From: Arcobacteraceae bacterium
GTDB taxonomy: Bacteria; Campylobacterota; Campylobacteria; Campylobacterales; Arcobacteraceae
Assembly (NCBI GenBank): GCA_048268245.1
Contig: JBLWVX010000024.1
Location: 1 to 39,055, forward strand
Direction: 5' to 3'
DNA length: 39,055 nucleotides
Positions 1 to 9,036 of the stretch are shown in pieces. Within the stretch, counting starts at the first letter, position 1. Each line of letters starts with the position of its first letter. The notes under the pieces are model-generated. The model worked only from the letters and a program-made list of their open reading frames with translations, ran no database searches and was not told the origin of the DNA. The translations under genes and the position numbers were made by a program.

Positions 1-82
1 TATTATAAAATTTATTATATTAGTACAATGTTAAAATTAATTTTTTATGATGTGTTTTATACAATATAATTTTGCAAAGTAA

Positions 83-91
83 TGGTATACT
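83..91 (+). promoter_or_regulatory. Extended -10 promoter element (TGnTATACT) upstream of the first diguanylate cyclase
   Basis: TGGTATACT at 83-91; AAAGGT SD-like motif at 121-126; TTG start at 133. Confidence 0.5.
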
Positions 92-132
92 TTAATACTA
101 ATTAACTATTAAATTATTTTAAAGGTTAAATA

Positions 133-1905
133 TTGAAACAATATTTTCTAATTATATTGATACTATTACAAATAAACTCATTATATGCTATAAATATAGA
201 CAATAACAAAGTAAAACTAACAGATTTTAAAATTGAATATCTTATTAATAATGATGAAAAAATAAATTTTGAAGACCTTATGAATGCTAAATTTGAAAAA
301 GGAAAAAACAAAGATAGCTTGGGTACAGACATAACAAATGTTTGGTTAAAAATTAAATTAACAAATAATACAAATAGTATGATTAAACTGTTTATTCATC
401 AAAATTTAGCTTTTACATTTAATGACATTGTATTTTATGAAGCAAATATAAAAAATGAACTTATAAAAAAAACACCAATTTATACAGGCTATTCAAAAGA
501 AAAACCTGAACTATTAGGGGCAAATAGCGTTTATTCCTTAAACTTAGAAAAAAATGAAACAAAAATCATATACATAAATCAAAAAACTTTAGCCTATCAT
601 TTTTATGACTACTCGATATTAACAGAAAATGAGTCTATCAAATATTTGATTTATGAAAAAGCTGATGGTATTTTCTTTTTTGGACTTTTAGTAGCTTTAG
701 CGTTATATAATTTACTGATTTTTTTATCTACTAGATACAAAGAGTATTTATACTATTTCTTATATCTTTTAAGTGCAACTATTTGGGTACTTTATATGTA
801 TGGTTCATTATCACACTATTTTTCTATATACGGAGAGCTTGCTGTAAAATTTAATTTTGCTTTGATGTTAACACCTATTTTTTTAGCACTCTTTATTCAA
901 TCTGTCTTTGAAACTAAAGAAAAATACAAAACAGAACACTTGTTTTTAAATAGTATTATAGTTTTACTTTTATCAAATATAATTTATGCTCTTATAGATT
1001 TTAATCATGCTTTAGCCTTTTTATCTTTAAGTTTAAACTATTCATTGGTTATTTTCTTATTGATAAGTATTAGTATTTATAAAAAAGGAAATCAGTTTAT
1101 AAAGATATTTTTAACAGCTCACATTTTTTATATAATATTTAGTATTTATGGACTTATATTCTACATGGGTATAGTTGATTTTAACTATATTTCATCTCGT
1201 AGTATGGGAATAGGTATAATAATTGAAGCATTAATTTTATCTTATTTAATATCATATAAATTTAAAAAGTTTGAACAAGAAAAAAACTTAGAACAACTTT
1301 TAAAACAAAATGCTTTAAATGATAAATCAAAAATTGAACTTTTATTAGAAGAAAAAAATAAACTATTAGAGATAACTGAACAAAAGTCAGTTGAACTTAT
1401 AAAACTAAACAAAAAACTTGAAGAGTTGTCTATTACAGATAAGTTAACTAAATTGTATAATAGAACTAAAATAGATAGCTTTTTAGAAGAACAGTTAAAG
1501 TATTCAAAAAGGTATAATGAGCCTTTTAGTGTGATTTTATTAGATATAGATTTCTTTAAAAAAATAAATGACACACATGGTCATCAAACAGGTGATATTA
1601 TACTTAGCGAGTTTTCATCTATTTTAAAATCAAATATCAGAGAAACAGATGTTCTTGGTAGATGGGGTGGAGAAGAATTTATAATCATATGCCCTAAAAC
1701 AAATTTAAAAGAGACACTTGTAGTTGCAAAAAAAATAAAAAGTAAAATAGAAAACTATAACTTTACAATAATAGAAAATTGTACAGCAAGTTTTGGAGTA
1801 AGTTCTTATAAAGATAAACTAGATATTAAAGATATTATCAAAAATACAGATGAAGCTTTATATAAAGCTAAAAATAATGGTCGTAATCAAATATGTATCA
1901 ACTAA
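133..1905 (+). CDS. Membrane diguanylate cyclase: signal peptide, 7TMR-DISMED2-like periplasmic domain, 7TM region, coiled coil, GGDEF domain
   Basis: TTG start; WLKIKLTN motif typical of DISMED2; about 7 hydrophobic helices; TDKLTKLYNR, DIDFFKKINDTHGH, RETD I-site, GGEEF, ADEALY-like NTDEALYKAKNNGRN. Confidence 0.92.
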   Translation: MKQYFLIILILLQINSLYAINIDNNKVKLTDFKIEYLINNDEKINFEDLMNAKFEKGKNKDSLGTDITNVWLKIKLTNNTNSMIKLFIHQNLAFTFNDIVFYEANIKNELIKKTPIYTGYSKEKPELLGANSVYSLNLEKNETKIIYINQKTLAYHFYDYSILTENESIKYLIYEKADGIFFFGLLVALALYNLLIFLSTRYKEYLYYFLYLLSATIWVLYMYGSLSHYFSIYGELAVKFNFALMLTPIFLALFIQSVFETKEKYKTEHLFLNSIIVLLLSNIIYALIDFNHALAFLSLSLNYSLVIFLLISISIYKKGNQFIKIFLTAHIFYIIFSIYGLIFYMGIVDFNYISSRSMGIGIIIEALILSYLISYKFKKFEQEKNLEQLLKQNALNDKSKIELLLEEKNKLLEITEQKSVELIKLNKKLEELSITDKLTKLYNRTKIDSFLEEQLKYSKRYNEPFSVILLDIDFFKKINDTHGHQTGDIILSEFSSILKSNIRETDVLGRWGGEEFIIICPKTNLKETLVVAKKIKSKIENYNFTIIENCTASFGVSSYKDKLDIKDIIKNTDEALYKAKNNGRNQICIN

Positions 1906-1914
1906 GACATATTT

Positions 1915-1991
1915 TGGTTACGGAAACAGGATTTGAACCTATGACCTTCAGGTTATGAGATCGACGAGCTACCTAGCTGTTCTATTCTGCG
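1915..1991 (-). pseudogene. Degenerate full-length copy of initiator tRNA-fMet(CAT)
   Basis: 69/77 identical to the intact tRNA-fMet at 2351-2427; substitutions break the anticodon stem (TCGAT/CCTGA), acceptor stem and D stem. Confidence 0.88.
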
Positions 1992-2035
1992 TTCTTACAT
2001 TTTATTTAATAGTTTGTGTTTAAATATTTTAAGAG

Positions 2036-2110
2036 TGGATGGGGTAGAGGGATTCGAACCCCCGAATGACGATACCAAAAACCGTTGCCTTACCGCTTGG
2101 CGATACCCCA
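2036..2110 (-). tRNA. tRNA-Gln(TTG)
   Basis: Reverse complement TGGGGTATCGCCAAGCGGTAAGGC...TTTTGGT...GGTTCGAATCC...ACCCCATCCA; cloverleaf, U1-A72 pair, CCA encoded. Confidence 0.95.
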
Positions 2111-2149
2111 TCATGAGTTTGAAATATAAATTGTAATTTTTTAATAAAG

Positions 2150-2226
2150 TGGAGCTGGTGAAGGGACTTGAACCCCCGACCTGCTGATTACAAATCAGCT
2201 GCTCTAGCCAACTGAGCTACACCAGC
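2150..2226 (-). tRNA. tRNA-Thr(TGT)
   Basis: Reverse complement GCTGGTGTAGCTCAGTTGG...GCTGA TTTGTAA TCAGC...CACCAGCTCCA. Confidence 0.97.
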
Positions 2227-2263
2227 TTCCAAAATTTATAAAGATTATTCACTATGTGAATAA

Positions 2264-2340
2264 TGGTGTCAAGAGAGAGACTTGAACTCTCGACCTCCGG
2301 CTTATGAGACCAGCGCTCTAGCCAGCTGAGCTACCTTGAC
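2264..2340 (-). tRNA. tRNA with CAT anticodon, probably elongator tRNA-Met
   Basis: Reverse complement GTCAAGGTAGCTCAGCTGG...CTGGT CTCATAA GCCGG...CTTGACACCA; paired 1-72, lacks the three G-C initiator pairs; Met versus Ile2 assignment is inferred. Confidence 0.88.
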
Positions 2341-2350
2341 ACTGACTAAT

Positions 2351-2427
<77 letters not shown>

Positions 2428-2445
2428 TTATGTTAAAATAAAAAG

Positions 2446-2522
2446 TGGAGCGGGAGACGAGACTCGAACTCGCGACAATCTGCTTGGAAGGCAGAGGCTC
2501 TAGCCAACTGAGCTACTCCCGC
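2446..2522 (-). tRNA. tRNA-Gly(TCC), copy 1
   Basis: Reverse complement GCGGGAGTAGCTCAGTTGG...TCTGC CTTCCAA GCAGA...CTCCCGCTCCA. Confidence 0.97.
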
Positions 2523-2576
2523 TCATATAGTAAATTAAAATAAAAAATAAATAGTATTACCAACCCTATTTATTAG

Positions 2577-2653
2577 TGGAGCGGGAGACGAGACTCGAAC
2601 TCGCGACAATCTGCTTGGAAGGCAGAGGCTCTAGCCAACTGAGCTACTCCCGC
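2577..2653 (-). tRNA. tRNA-Gly(TCC), copy 2
   Basis: Identical to 2446-2522. Confidence 0.97.
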
Positions 2654-2659
2654 ATTAAG

Positions 2660-2736
2660 TGGTGGGTCTAGAAGGACTCGAACCTTCGACCACTCGGTTA
2701 TGAGCCGAGTGCTCTAACCAGCTGAGCTATAGACCC
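2660..2736 (-). tRNA. tRNA with CAT anticodon, probably tRNA-Ile2 (lysidine-modified)
   Basis: Reverse complement GGGTCTATAGCTCAGCTGGTTAGAGCACTCGG CTCATAA CCGAG...TAGACCCACCA; resembles bacterial Ile2 tRNAs (assignment inferred). Confidence 0.85.
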
Positions 2737-2745
2737 TCACTTAAA

Positions 2746-2836
2746 TGGCGGACAGAGAGGGATTCGAACCCTCGGTACCGTTGCCAGTACGCATCCTTAG
2801 CAGGGATGTGGTTTCAGCCAACTCACCCATCTATCC
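2746..2836 (-). tRNA. tRNA-Ser(GCT)
   Basis: 91 nt with long variable arm; CATCC CTGCTAA GGATG anticodon arm; G73 discriminator, CCA encoded. Confidence 0.97.
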
Positions 2837-2872
2837 GTCTAATTTGACATCTGTGTATCAAATTGGATGGGA

Positions 2873-2897
2873 ATTATAATAGTTAAGTACTTAAAAA
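2873..2897 (-). promoter_or_regulatory. Sigma70-type promoter of the tRNA operon
   Basis: Minus strand reads TTTTTAAGtacttaactatTATAAT, the TTTAAG plus TATAAT arrangement typical of Campylobacterota; about 36 nt upstream of tRNA-Ser. Confidence 0.7.
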
Positions 2898-3038
2898 ACC
2901 CTTAAAATTGAACTCTACATTGGTTTTTTTCTTAATTTCTTTAAAACATTAGTATTTATATGTCTTTAATTCAAAATAAATGGTTTTTATCTTTATTAAA
3001 TAAATAAAATACTAAAATCAAAAAAATACGGATTAAAA

Positions 3039-4517
3039 ATGAAACTAAGAAAAAGCTATATAATATTAACAATATTAAGTATTATATTTTTCATTTCCTC
3101 ATATGCTATATATTTAAATGAAGAAAAAAAGTTAAATAAAGAAATTGAAGCTTATACTAAAAAACGAAAAATTATAATAGAAGACTATTTTAATATTTCA
3201 AAAACAATACTATATTCATATAAAAACCTATTTGAAAATAAACTTGAAATAAAAATACAAAAGCATCCGAGTTTATTAAATATAGAACAATATACAAAAG
3301 ACACTTATAATATTCAAAATAAAATAAGTGAAACTTACAACTCAACTATATATGGGATTGGTAAAATTGAAGAGTTTTCAGCTAACTTAGAGAATGAAAT
3401 AAATACAGTTCTATACTTTGATTCTCTTTTTAAAACTGCTTTAGATATATTACCTGATATAAAATGGATATATTTTAGCTCAAAACAAAAGTATATATAC
3501 TTGGCACCATCAAAACTAAAAGCAAATAAAACATTTATTGAGTCACAATTTAAAAAAAACTTTTGGATAGAAGCTATTCCTGTTAATAATAAATCTAATG
3601 AACTTCTATTAACTAAGCTTTATAAAGATGGTCTTAGTGATGAAATACTAACTACACTATCTTTACCTATATTTGATAAATCTAGTGAGTTTATTGGTAT
3701 AGTCTCAATTGATATTGGCTTAAAAATTTTTGATAAAATATTTAATGAACATAAAAATATAAGTGGAAACACTTATTTAATAAATCATAATAATTATATT
3801 CTAGCATCAACAACAAGCTTTAATAAAGATATACAATTAAATCTAACGCAGAAAGAATATAAAGTACAAGATATATCAAATAATAAAATAAAACTTGTTT
3901 ATATTGAAAACCCAACAAAAAAGCATTCTATGATTATTAATAAATCAATGTCTAAAATTCTTCTTCTTTTATTTTTACTATCTATTATTTATCTATCATA
4001 CCATTTAACTTATCTTTTAAATAAAGTAGAAAGACTTGCTAACTATGATTCATTGACTAATCTTTTAAATAGAAGAGCACTAAGATATGAAGCGTCAAAA
4101 TATATTGAACTTTCAAAAAGATATAAAGATAATATCTCTTTAATACTAATTGATATAGATAATTTTAAAACAATAAATGATACTTTTGGTCATGCTAATG
4201 GAGACTTAGTATTGAAGGCTATTTCAAATACGTTAATTTCATCAGCAAGAAAGACTGATTTAGTTTCAAGATATGGTGGAGAAGAGTTTCTAATAGTCTT
4301 ACCTCATACTAATTTAAATAATGCCTATTTACAAGCAGAGAGAATTAGAAAAGAAGTATTAAAAATTAATTTTTCAAATATCAAAAAAAATATAACAATA
4401 AGTCTTGGATGTGTTGAGTTTAATCCAAAAAAGGATTGTTTAGATAGTGCAATTCATAGAGCAGATATACTACTCTATGAAGCTAAAGAAAAAGGAAAAA
4501 ATCAAACTAGATATTAG
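3039..4517 (+). CDS. Sensor diguanylate cyclase: TM, periplasmic dCache-like domain, TM, GGDEF
   Basis: Two TM helices flank a domain with LYKDGL...LSLPIF...GIVSIDI Cache motif; [29 protein letters not shown]-site, GGEEF; 3' end overlaps pyrF by 11 bp. Confidence 0.92.
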   Translation: MKLRKSYIILTILSIIFFISSYAIYLNEEKKLNKEIEAYTKKRKIIIEDYFNISKTILYSYKNLFENKLEIKIQKHPSLLNIEQYTKDTYNIQNKISETYNSTIYGIGKIEEFSANLENEINTVLYFDSLFKTALDILPDIKWIYFSSKQKYIYLAPSKLKANKTFIESQFKKNFWIEAIPVNNKSNELLLTKLYKDGLSDEILTTLSLPIFDKSSEFIGIVSIDIGLKIFDKIFNEHKNISGNTYLINHNNYILASTTSFNKDIQLNLTQKEYKVQDISNNKIKLVYIENPTKKHSMIINKSMSKILLLLFLLSIIYLSYHLTYLLNKVERLANYDSLTNLLNRRALRYEASKYIELSKRYKDNISLILIDIDNFKTINDTFGHANGDLVLKAISNTLISSARKTDLVSRYGGEEFLIVLPHTNLNNAYLQAERIRKEVLKINFSNIKKNITISLGCVEFNPKKDCLDSAIHRADILLYEAKEKGKNQTRY

Positions 4518-5193
4518 CTAAGATTTTTTCTACAACTTCTTTAGGATTAGAAGCTTTATAGATTGGTCTTCCAACAACTATAAAGTCTACTTTATTCTCT
4601 TTTGCAAAAGGAATATCAGCTACTCTTTTTTGATCACCAGCATCCTCACCAAAAGGTCTGATACCAGGACATAAAGTAATAAAACTATCAGAAGTATTTG
4701 CTTTTATATCTAAGCTTTCAAAAGCAGAACACACTACTCCATCAATACCTGAGTTATGTGTATCTTTTGCCATCTTTGTAGCTTTTGTTTCAATATCTTC
4801 ATTATAAACAGCTTTAAATGATTCATTATCAAAAGAAGTAAGAGCTGTTACAGCTAATACTAAAGGTTTATTTGGAATATCCTTAATTCTATCCATAACT
4901 GTACTCATAGCTTTGCTACCAGCACTAGCATGAACATTAAACATATCAACTAAACCAAAATTAGCTATTTCTTCGGCTGCATCAGCCATTGTATTAGGAA
5001 TATCATAAAGCTTTAAATCTAAAAAGATTTTAAAATTAGGATTAATAGCTTTTAACTCTTCTAAAAACTCTTTTCCATCTCTAATATATGATCTAAAACC
5101 AACTTTTAACCATACATCAAAATCTTTTATCTGCTTTACAATTTCTAGGTTTTCTTTTGCAGTTGGTAAATCAAGTGATACACAAAGTTTCAT
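4507..5193 (-). CDS. pyrF: Orotidine-5'-phosphate decarboxylase
   Basis: [13 protein letters not shown] catalytic motif, CPGIRP, VVGRPI; start placed at MKLCV (ATG 5193), ORF is open to 5205. Confidence 0.97.
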   Translation of the reverse strand: MKLCVSLDLPTAKENLEIVKQIKDFDVWLKVGFRSYIRDGKEFLEELKAINPNFKIFLDLKLYDIPNTMADAAEEIANFGLVDMFNVHASAGSKAMSTVMDRIKDIPNKPLVLAVTALTSFDNESFKAVYNEDIETKATKMAKDTHNSGIDGVVCSAFESLDIKANTSDSFITLCPGIRPFGEDAGDQKRVADIPFAKENKVDFIVVGRPIYKASNPKEVVEKILANI

Positions 5194-5208
5194 AGCATTA
5201 CTCATAAA

Positions 5209-5601
5209 CTATGCCTTTTTAACTTTATCTAAAAGTCCATTGATAAACTTAGGAGCACCATCACTTGCAAGTTTCTTTGATAATTCAATTGCTTCATTAA
5301 TCACAATAGCTTTATCTAAACCATCAAAAATTTCAAAAATTGCTAGTCTTAAAATAGATTTTTCAACAGAACCAATGTCTGTTATATTTCCTTGTTTTAA
5401 GTGACTAATTAACTCTTCATCAATTTTTTCAATATTTTCAACTGTACCATTGAAAAGTTTTAATGCAAACTCTTTTTGTTTGTTTCTAATTTTTTTGTCT
5501 TCTAATATTTCATCAACAAATTTAGCAATACCTTCATTACCTAAATCGTATGCATATAAAAGACCAATAACTGACTCTCTTACTTGTGTTCTTGTAGCCA
5601 A
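5209..5601 (-). CDS. nusB: Transcription antitermination factor NusB
   Basis: ATRTQVRE, SILRLAIFE, VINEAIELSK, FINGLLD; follows ribH; TTG start. Confidence 0.97.
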   Translation of the reverse strand: MATRTQVRESVIGLLYAYDLGNEGIAKFVDEILEDKKIRNKQKEFALKLFNGTVENIEKIDEELISHLKQGNITDIGSVEKSILRLAIFEIFDGLDKAIVINEAIELSKKLASDGAPKFINGLLDKVKKA

Positions 5602-5602
5602 A

Positions 5603-6073
5603 TTATTTCTCCATTTCTGAATAAAGATCTAACATTTCTATTATTGTAACCATAGCTTCAGCACCTTTATTTCCTGCTTTTGAACCAGCTCTCTCGATTG
5701 CTTGCTCTAAAGTATCTGTAGTTAAAACTCCATTTGATACAGCTTTTCCATATTGTAATGCTACAGTTGCAATACCTTTAGTAGCTTCAGCTGAAATATA
5801 ATCAAAATGAGGAGTAGAACCTCTAATTACAGCACCCACACAACATACTGCATCATATTTTCCAGAAGCTAATGCTTTTTCTAATGCAAAAGGAATTTCA
5901 AATGCACCTGGTACTAATAATAAATCTAAATTATCTTCATTTCCACCATGTCTAACAAATGCATCTTTTGCACCCTCAACTAATCTATCAGTGATAATAT
6001 GATTAAATCTACCATTAATAATAGCGATTTTTTCATCACCTTTTAATCTTAATTTTCCTTCAATTACGTTCAT
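5603..6073 (-). CDS. ribH: 6,7-dimethyl-8-ribityllumazine synthase
   Basis: [35 protein letters not shown]. Confidence 0.98.
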   Translation of the reverse strand: MNVIEGKLRLKGDEKIAIINGRFNHIITDRLVEGAKDAFVRHGGNEDNLDLLLVPGAFEIPFALEKALASGKYDAVCCVGAVIRGSTPHFDYISAEATKGIATVALQYGKAVSNGVLTTDTLEQAIERAGSKAGNKGAEAMVTIIEMLDLYSEMEK

Positions 6074-6106
6074 AAAATTTCTCCGAATTTTTTATAATAT
6101 TTTGCG

Positions 6107-6130
6107 ATTATATCTAAATCTTATTTAAAG
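6107..6130 (-). promoter_or_regulatory. Probable sigma70 promoter for ribH-nusB-pyrF
   Basis: Minus strand TTTAAataagatttagaTATAAT, -10 at 6107-6112; GGAG SD upstream of ribH ATG. Confidence 0.55.
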
Positions 6131-6145
6131 CCTAAAAAATAACTT

Positions 6146-6949
6146 TTATTTGTTATATCCAAGTACTTCTTGAATGGCAAAGATGTCATCAATTACTTTA
6201 TATAGTTCATCAACTTGTACCATATTAGGACCATCACTTAATGCAACACTTGGATCAGTATGAGTTTCAAAGAAGAATCCATCAACACCAACAGCTGCTG
6301 CTGCTTTTGCTAAACTTGGCACTACTGCACTATTTCCACCTGTTGTTCCACCAGTACTTGGAACTTGTGCTGAATGAGTAGCATCAAAAATTACAGGTGC
6401 ATACTCTCTCATTGCAATTAAGTTTTTCATATCAACTACTAAAGCTCCATAACCAAATGTGTTTCCTCTTTCACAAAGCCATACACCATTTTCATCAGAG
6501 TTTTTGTAGTTAACTTCTTCTACACCTCTAGTTTTTAATATCTTTTCAACTGGATGCTTCATAGCTCCTGCTGCTAAAAACTGACCTTTTTTAATATTGA
6601 TTTTACAATTAGTCTTTGCTGCTTCTACTAGTAAGTCAGTTTGTCTACATAAAAATGCAGGTATCTGTAAAATATCTAATACTTCTCCAGCAGGTGCAGC
6701 TTGACATGATTCATGAATATCAGTTACTAATTTGTATCCAAACTGATCTTTAATCTCTTGGAATAATTTTAAACCTTCTTCAAGTCCTGGTCCTCTATAT
6801 GAGTCTAAACTTGTTCTATTTGCTTTATCAAATGATGCTTTGAAATAAAACTCAACCCTTTTATCTTCACTTAAAGGCTTTAGCTTCTCAGCAATTCTCA
6901 TTACTGTATCTCTATCTTCTAAAACACAAGGTCCAGTTAAAATTTTCAT
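6146..6949 (-). CDS. kdsA: 3-deoxy-8-phosphooctulonate (KDO8P) synthase, metal-dependent type
   Basis: GPCVLE, KASFDKANRTS, QIPAFLCRQTDLL, KKGQF, DATHS, LSDG. Confidence 0.98.
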   Translation of the reverse strand: MKILTGPCVLEDRDTVMRIAEKLKPLSEDKRVEFYFKASFDKANRTSLDSYRGPGLEEGLKLFQEIKDQFGYKLVTDIHESCQAAPAGEVLDILQIPAFLCRQTDLLVEAAKTNCKINIKKGQFLAAGAMKHPVEKILKTRGVEEVNYKNSDENGVWLCERGNTFGYGALVVDMKNLIAMREYAPVIFDATHSAQVPSTGGTTGGNSAVVPSLAKAAAAVGVDGFFFETHTDPSVALSDGPNMVQVDELYKVIDDIFAIQEVLGYNK

Positions 6950-8635
6950 TTAATTCCTTTTAAAAATTGTTTCTTTTTCTTTACCTGTTAAGGCATAATG
7001 AAACTCATAAATATTTTGACAGATATATTCAATATCACTTTTTGCATACTTATCACATGCAATTAGTATTTTATCTTCTATTTCTAGTTCCAAACTATTT
7101 TGAGGTAAAAGAGTATATTCCTCTTTTCTTTTAAGCAACAATGGTACCACATTATTGCTCTGTTCTTTATTATGTAAAGACCTAAATAAAAACTCTAAAT
7201 TTAAATTTTCATTATTTTTTAAGTGCTTATAAATCTCAGGAGCTTGTTCTTCATCAATACTTAATTCAAATACAATAGGACTTTCATCAATTACAGTTAT
7301 TAACTTTCGTACAAGTTCACTAGCCCATTTTTCATCTTTTTTTAAAATAAGTCTTATAAACTTATCTGATAATGGTTTTATTAAAGCATTTGTTGTTTTA
7401 TTTATCAAAATCTTAGAAGGTAAAAAAATATGGTCAATATTTGCATTCTTAAAAATTGAGAAATCTTCCATTTCATTTTCACGAACTATTGTTTTTATAC
7501 TAGGATTTAATTTTTTTGCAGTAGCTAAAATAGATAAATTTGTTGTATCATCATTTGTTGCAGCAATAATTGCACTAGCTTCTTGAACTCCAACATTTAC
7601 AAGCATTTGCTTATCATCTGCATTTCCAAAGTTTACATGAGATATTTCTTCATCAGAATAGCTTTGAGCTTTATTTATATCAAGTTCAACTAAATCAAGT
7701 TCTATATTATTTGCATTTAATTTTTCATATATTTTTCGCCCTAATCTTCCATAACCACAAATAATATATTTACCTTTTGGAAAAACTGGAAGTTTTGCTA
7801 CTAAATTATCTAACCCATAAAGCCATTTTTCAAGCCTAAAAATATTAGGAGCTGATAAGGCTATATTTATTTCTGATGAAATAATAGAAAAAGGATTTGC
7901 AATAATTTCAACATCTAAATCTTTTAGATTTTCTGTTTGATTTGTTGTTGTTGATTTTGCTGCAATTTTCACGTGTTTATTTAAAAGCCTAGAAGTTAGT
8001 GCAATTCTTAAATTCATATTGTCATCTTCAAAAAGTGAGACTATTGCTTTACAATTTGACTTTTTAATTCCTGCTGCTTCCAATACTTTTATAGAATAAT
8101 TATCGCAATTTAATACAGGTACAGTAGGAGTAAAACTTTCTAATAAAAGCTCATTAATTCTTTTTTTGTCTTTTTCAATGACAACAGTTCTTGTTCCTTG
8201 CTCTATTGCTTTATTGATTATCTCTTTTGTTATTTGATTATATCCTAAGATGATAATAAACTTTTCTTTTAAATCTCCTATCTGCCTTTTAAACTTAGTT
8301 TTCTGAATCTCTTGTAAAAAAAGTTTATCTTGAAGAAGTGAAACCAAAGACCCAATAGCATAGAACCACCCAAGAACTGTAAGATAAATAGAAAAAGTCA
8401 CCCATAGTCTTTGAGGATATGTAAAATCGTAAGGAGTTTCTCCAAATCCAATAGTAGTAGCAGTATAAGTTATAAAATAAAAAGCATCAAAGATGCTCAT
8501 GTGATAAGGGTTTCCATTTGAATCAAGCCCTTCAATAAGGATAAGACCAGTAATTGCTATAGTATAAGTAATAACAATTACTAAAAATGGTACTCTCATT
8601 CTTTGAAGAATGATAAATAGTGAACTATTTTCCAA
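6950..8635 (-). CDS. Potassium channel protein with 2TM pore and two RCK/TrkA-N domains
   Basis: Pore helix and filter DAFYFITYTATTIGFGE; RCK1 IILGYNQIT, RCK2 IICGYGRLG...GNADD; TTG start with AGGA SD. Confidence 0.9.
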   Translation of the reverse strand: MENSSLFIILQRMRVPFLVIVITYTIAITGLILIEGLDSNGNPYHMSIFDAFYFITYTATTIGFGETPYDFTYPQRLWVTFSIYLTVLGWFYAIGSLVSLLQDKLFLQEIQKTKFKRQIGDLKEKFIIILGYNQITKEIINKAIEQGTRTVVIEKDKKRINELLLESFTPTVPVLNCDNYSIKVLEAAGIKKSNCKAIVSLFEDDNMNLRIALTSRLLNKHVKIAAKSTTTNQTENLKDLDVEIIANPFSIISSEINIALSAPNIFRLEKWLYGLDNLVAKLPVFPKGKYIICGYGRLGRKIYEKLNANNIELDLVELDINKAQSYSDEEISHVNFGNADDKQMLVNVGVQEASAIIAATNDDTTNLSILATAKKLNPSIKTIVRENEMEDFSIFKNANIDHIFLPSKILINKTTNALIKPLSDKFIRLILKKDEKWASELVRKLITVIDESPIVFELSIDEEQAPEIYKHLKNNENLNLEFLFRSLHNKEQSNNVVPLLLKRKEEYTLLPQNSLELEIEDKILIACDKYAKSDIEYICQNIYEFHYALTGKEKETIFKRN

Positions 8636-8649
8636 GGTCTATTCCTAAT

Positions 8650-9036
8650 CTATCTTTTTGACTTTAAAGTATCTCCCACATAAAGTGTAACAGAAACTAA
8701 ATTTGCAAGTAATGCACCACCAGATAAAGATACTATAGTTGCAATAACCTCAGCATCAACTGTGTATGCATAAGCAGCCACTGTCCATACAATAGCTGCT
8801 GCTATTAATTGAATATCCGCTACAAGTGATGTTGCTAATAATACTGAACCCATTTGAGTTTTATCCCCAATCTTTAATGTCGTTGCAATAAGATTAATGA
8901 CAATAGCAGCAAAAAGTTCATATTTACTATGGCTTTCTAAAGAATACATATCCCCATAGAAAAAACCAAAGTTAATAGTCATAGCTAAGATTATAAAAAA
9001 TCCAGAAATAACCTTATCTAGATTCATGGTATTCAT
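8650..9036 (-). CDS. Small multi-pass membrane protein, DUF6394-like
   Basis: About 4 hydrophobic segments; NFGFFYG, YELFAAIVINLIAT, LKIGD, LLATSLVADIQLI match my recollection of DUF6394; alternative start at 9027. Confidence 0.75.
   Translation of the reverse strand: MNTMNLDKVISGFFIILAMTINFGFFYGDMYSLESHSKYELFAAIVINLIATTLKIGDKTQMGSVLLATSLVADIQLIAAAIVWTVAAYAYTVDAEVIATIVSLSGGALLANLVSVTLYVGDTLKSKR

Noticed and set aside
126..1574. Antisense ORFs 126-332 and 1242-1574
   Set aside because: Shadow frames of the DGC gene; Ser/Phe/Leu-rich with no motifs
1915..1991. Pseudo-tRNA as the attR/attL of an integrated element
   Set aside because: att duplications usually cover only the tRNA 3' part and are near-identical; this copy is full length with scattered changes, and no integrase lies in the window
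2036..2110. G.U pairs in the tRNA-Gln anticodon and T stems as signs of decay
   Set aside because: All stems still pair and the conserved nucleotides are intact
2244..2264. 9-bp hairpin ATTATTCAC-TAT-GTGAATAAT between tRNA-Met and tRNA-Thr, and a similar one at 2841-2864
   Set aside because: AT-rich spacer hairpins without a U tail are common in tRNA operons; nothing supports a separate element
2446..2653. 77-bp exact direct repeat that could suggest a CRISPR array or att sites
   Set aside because: Both copies are complete tRNA-Gly(TCC) genes; no spacer array or cas genes
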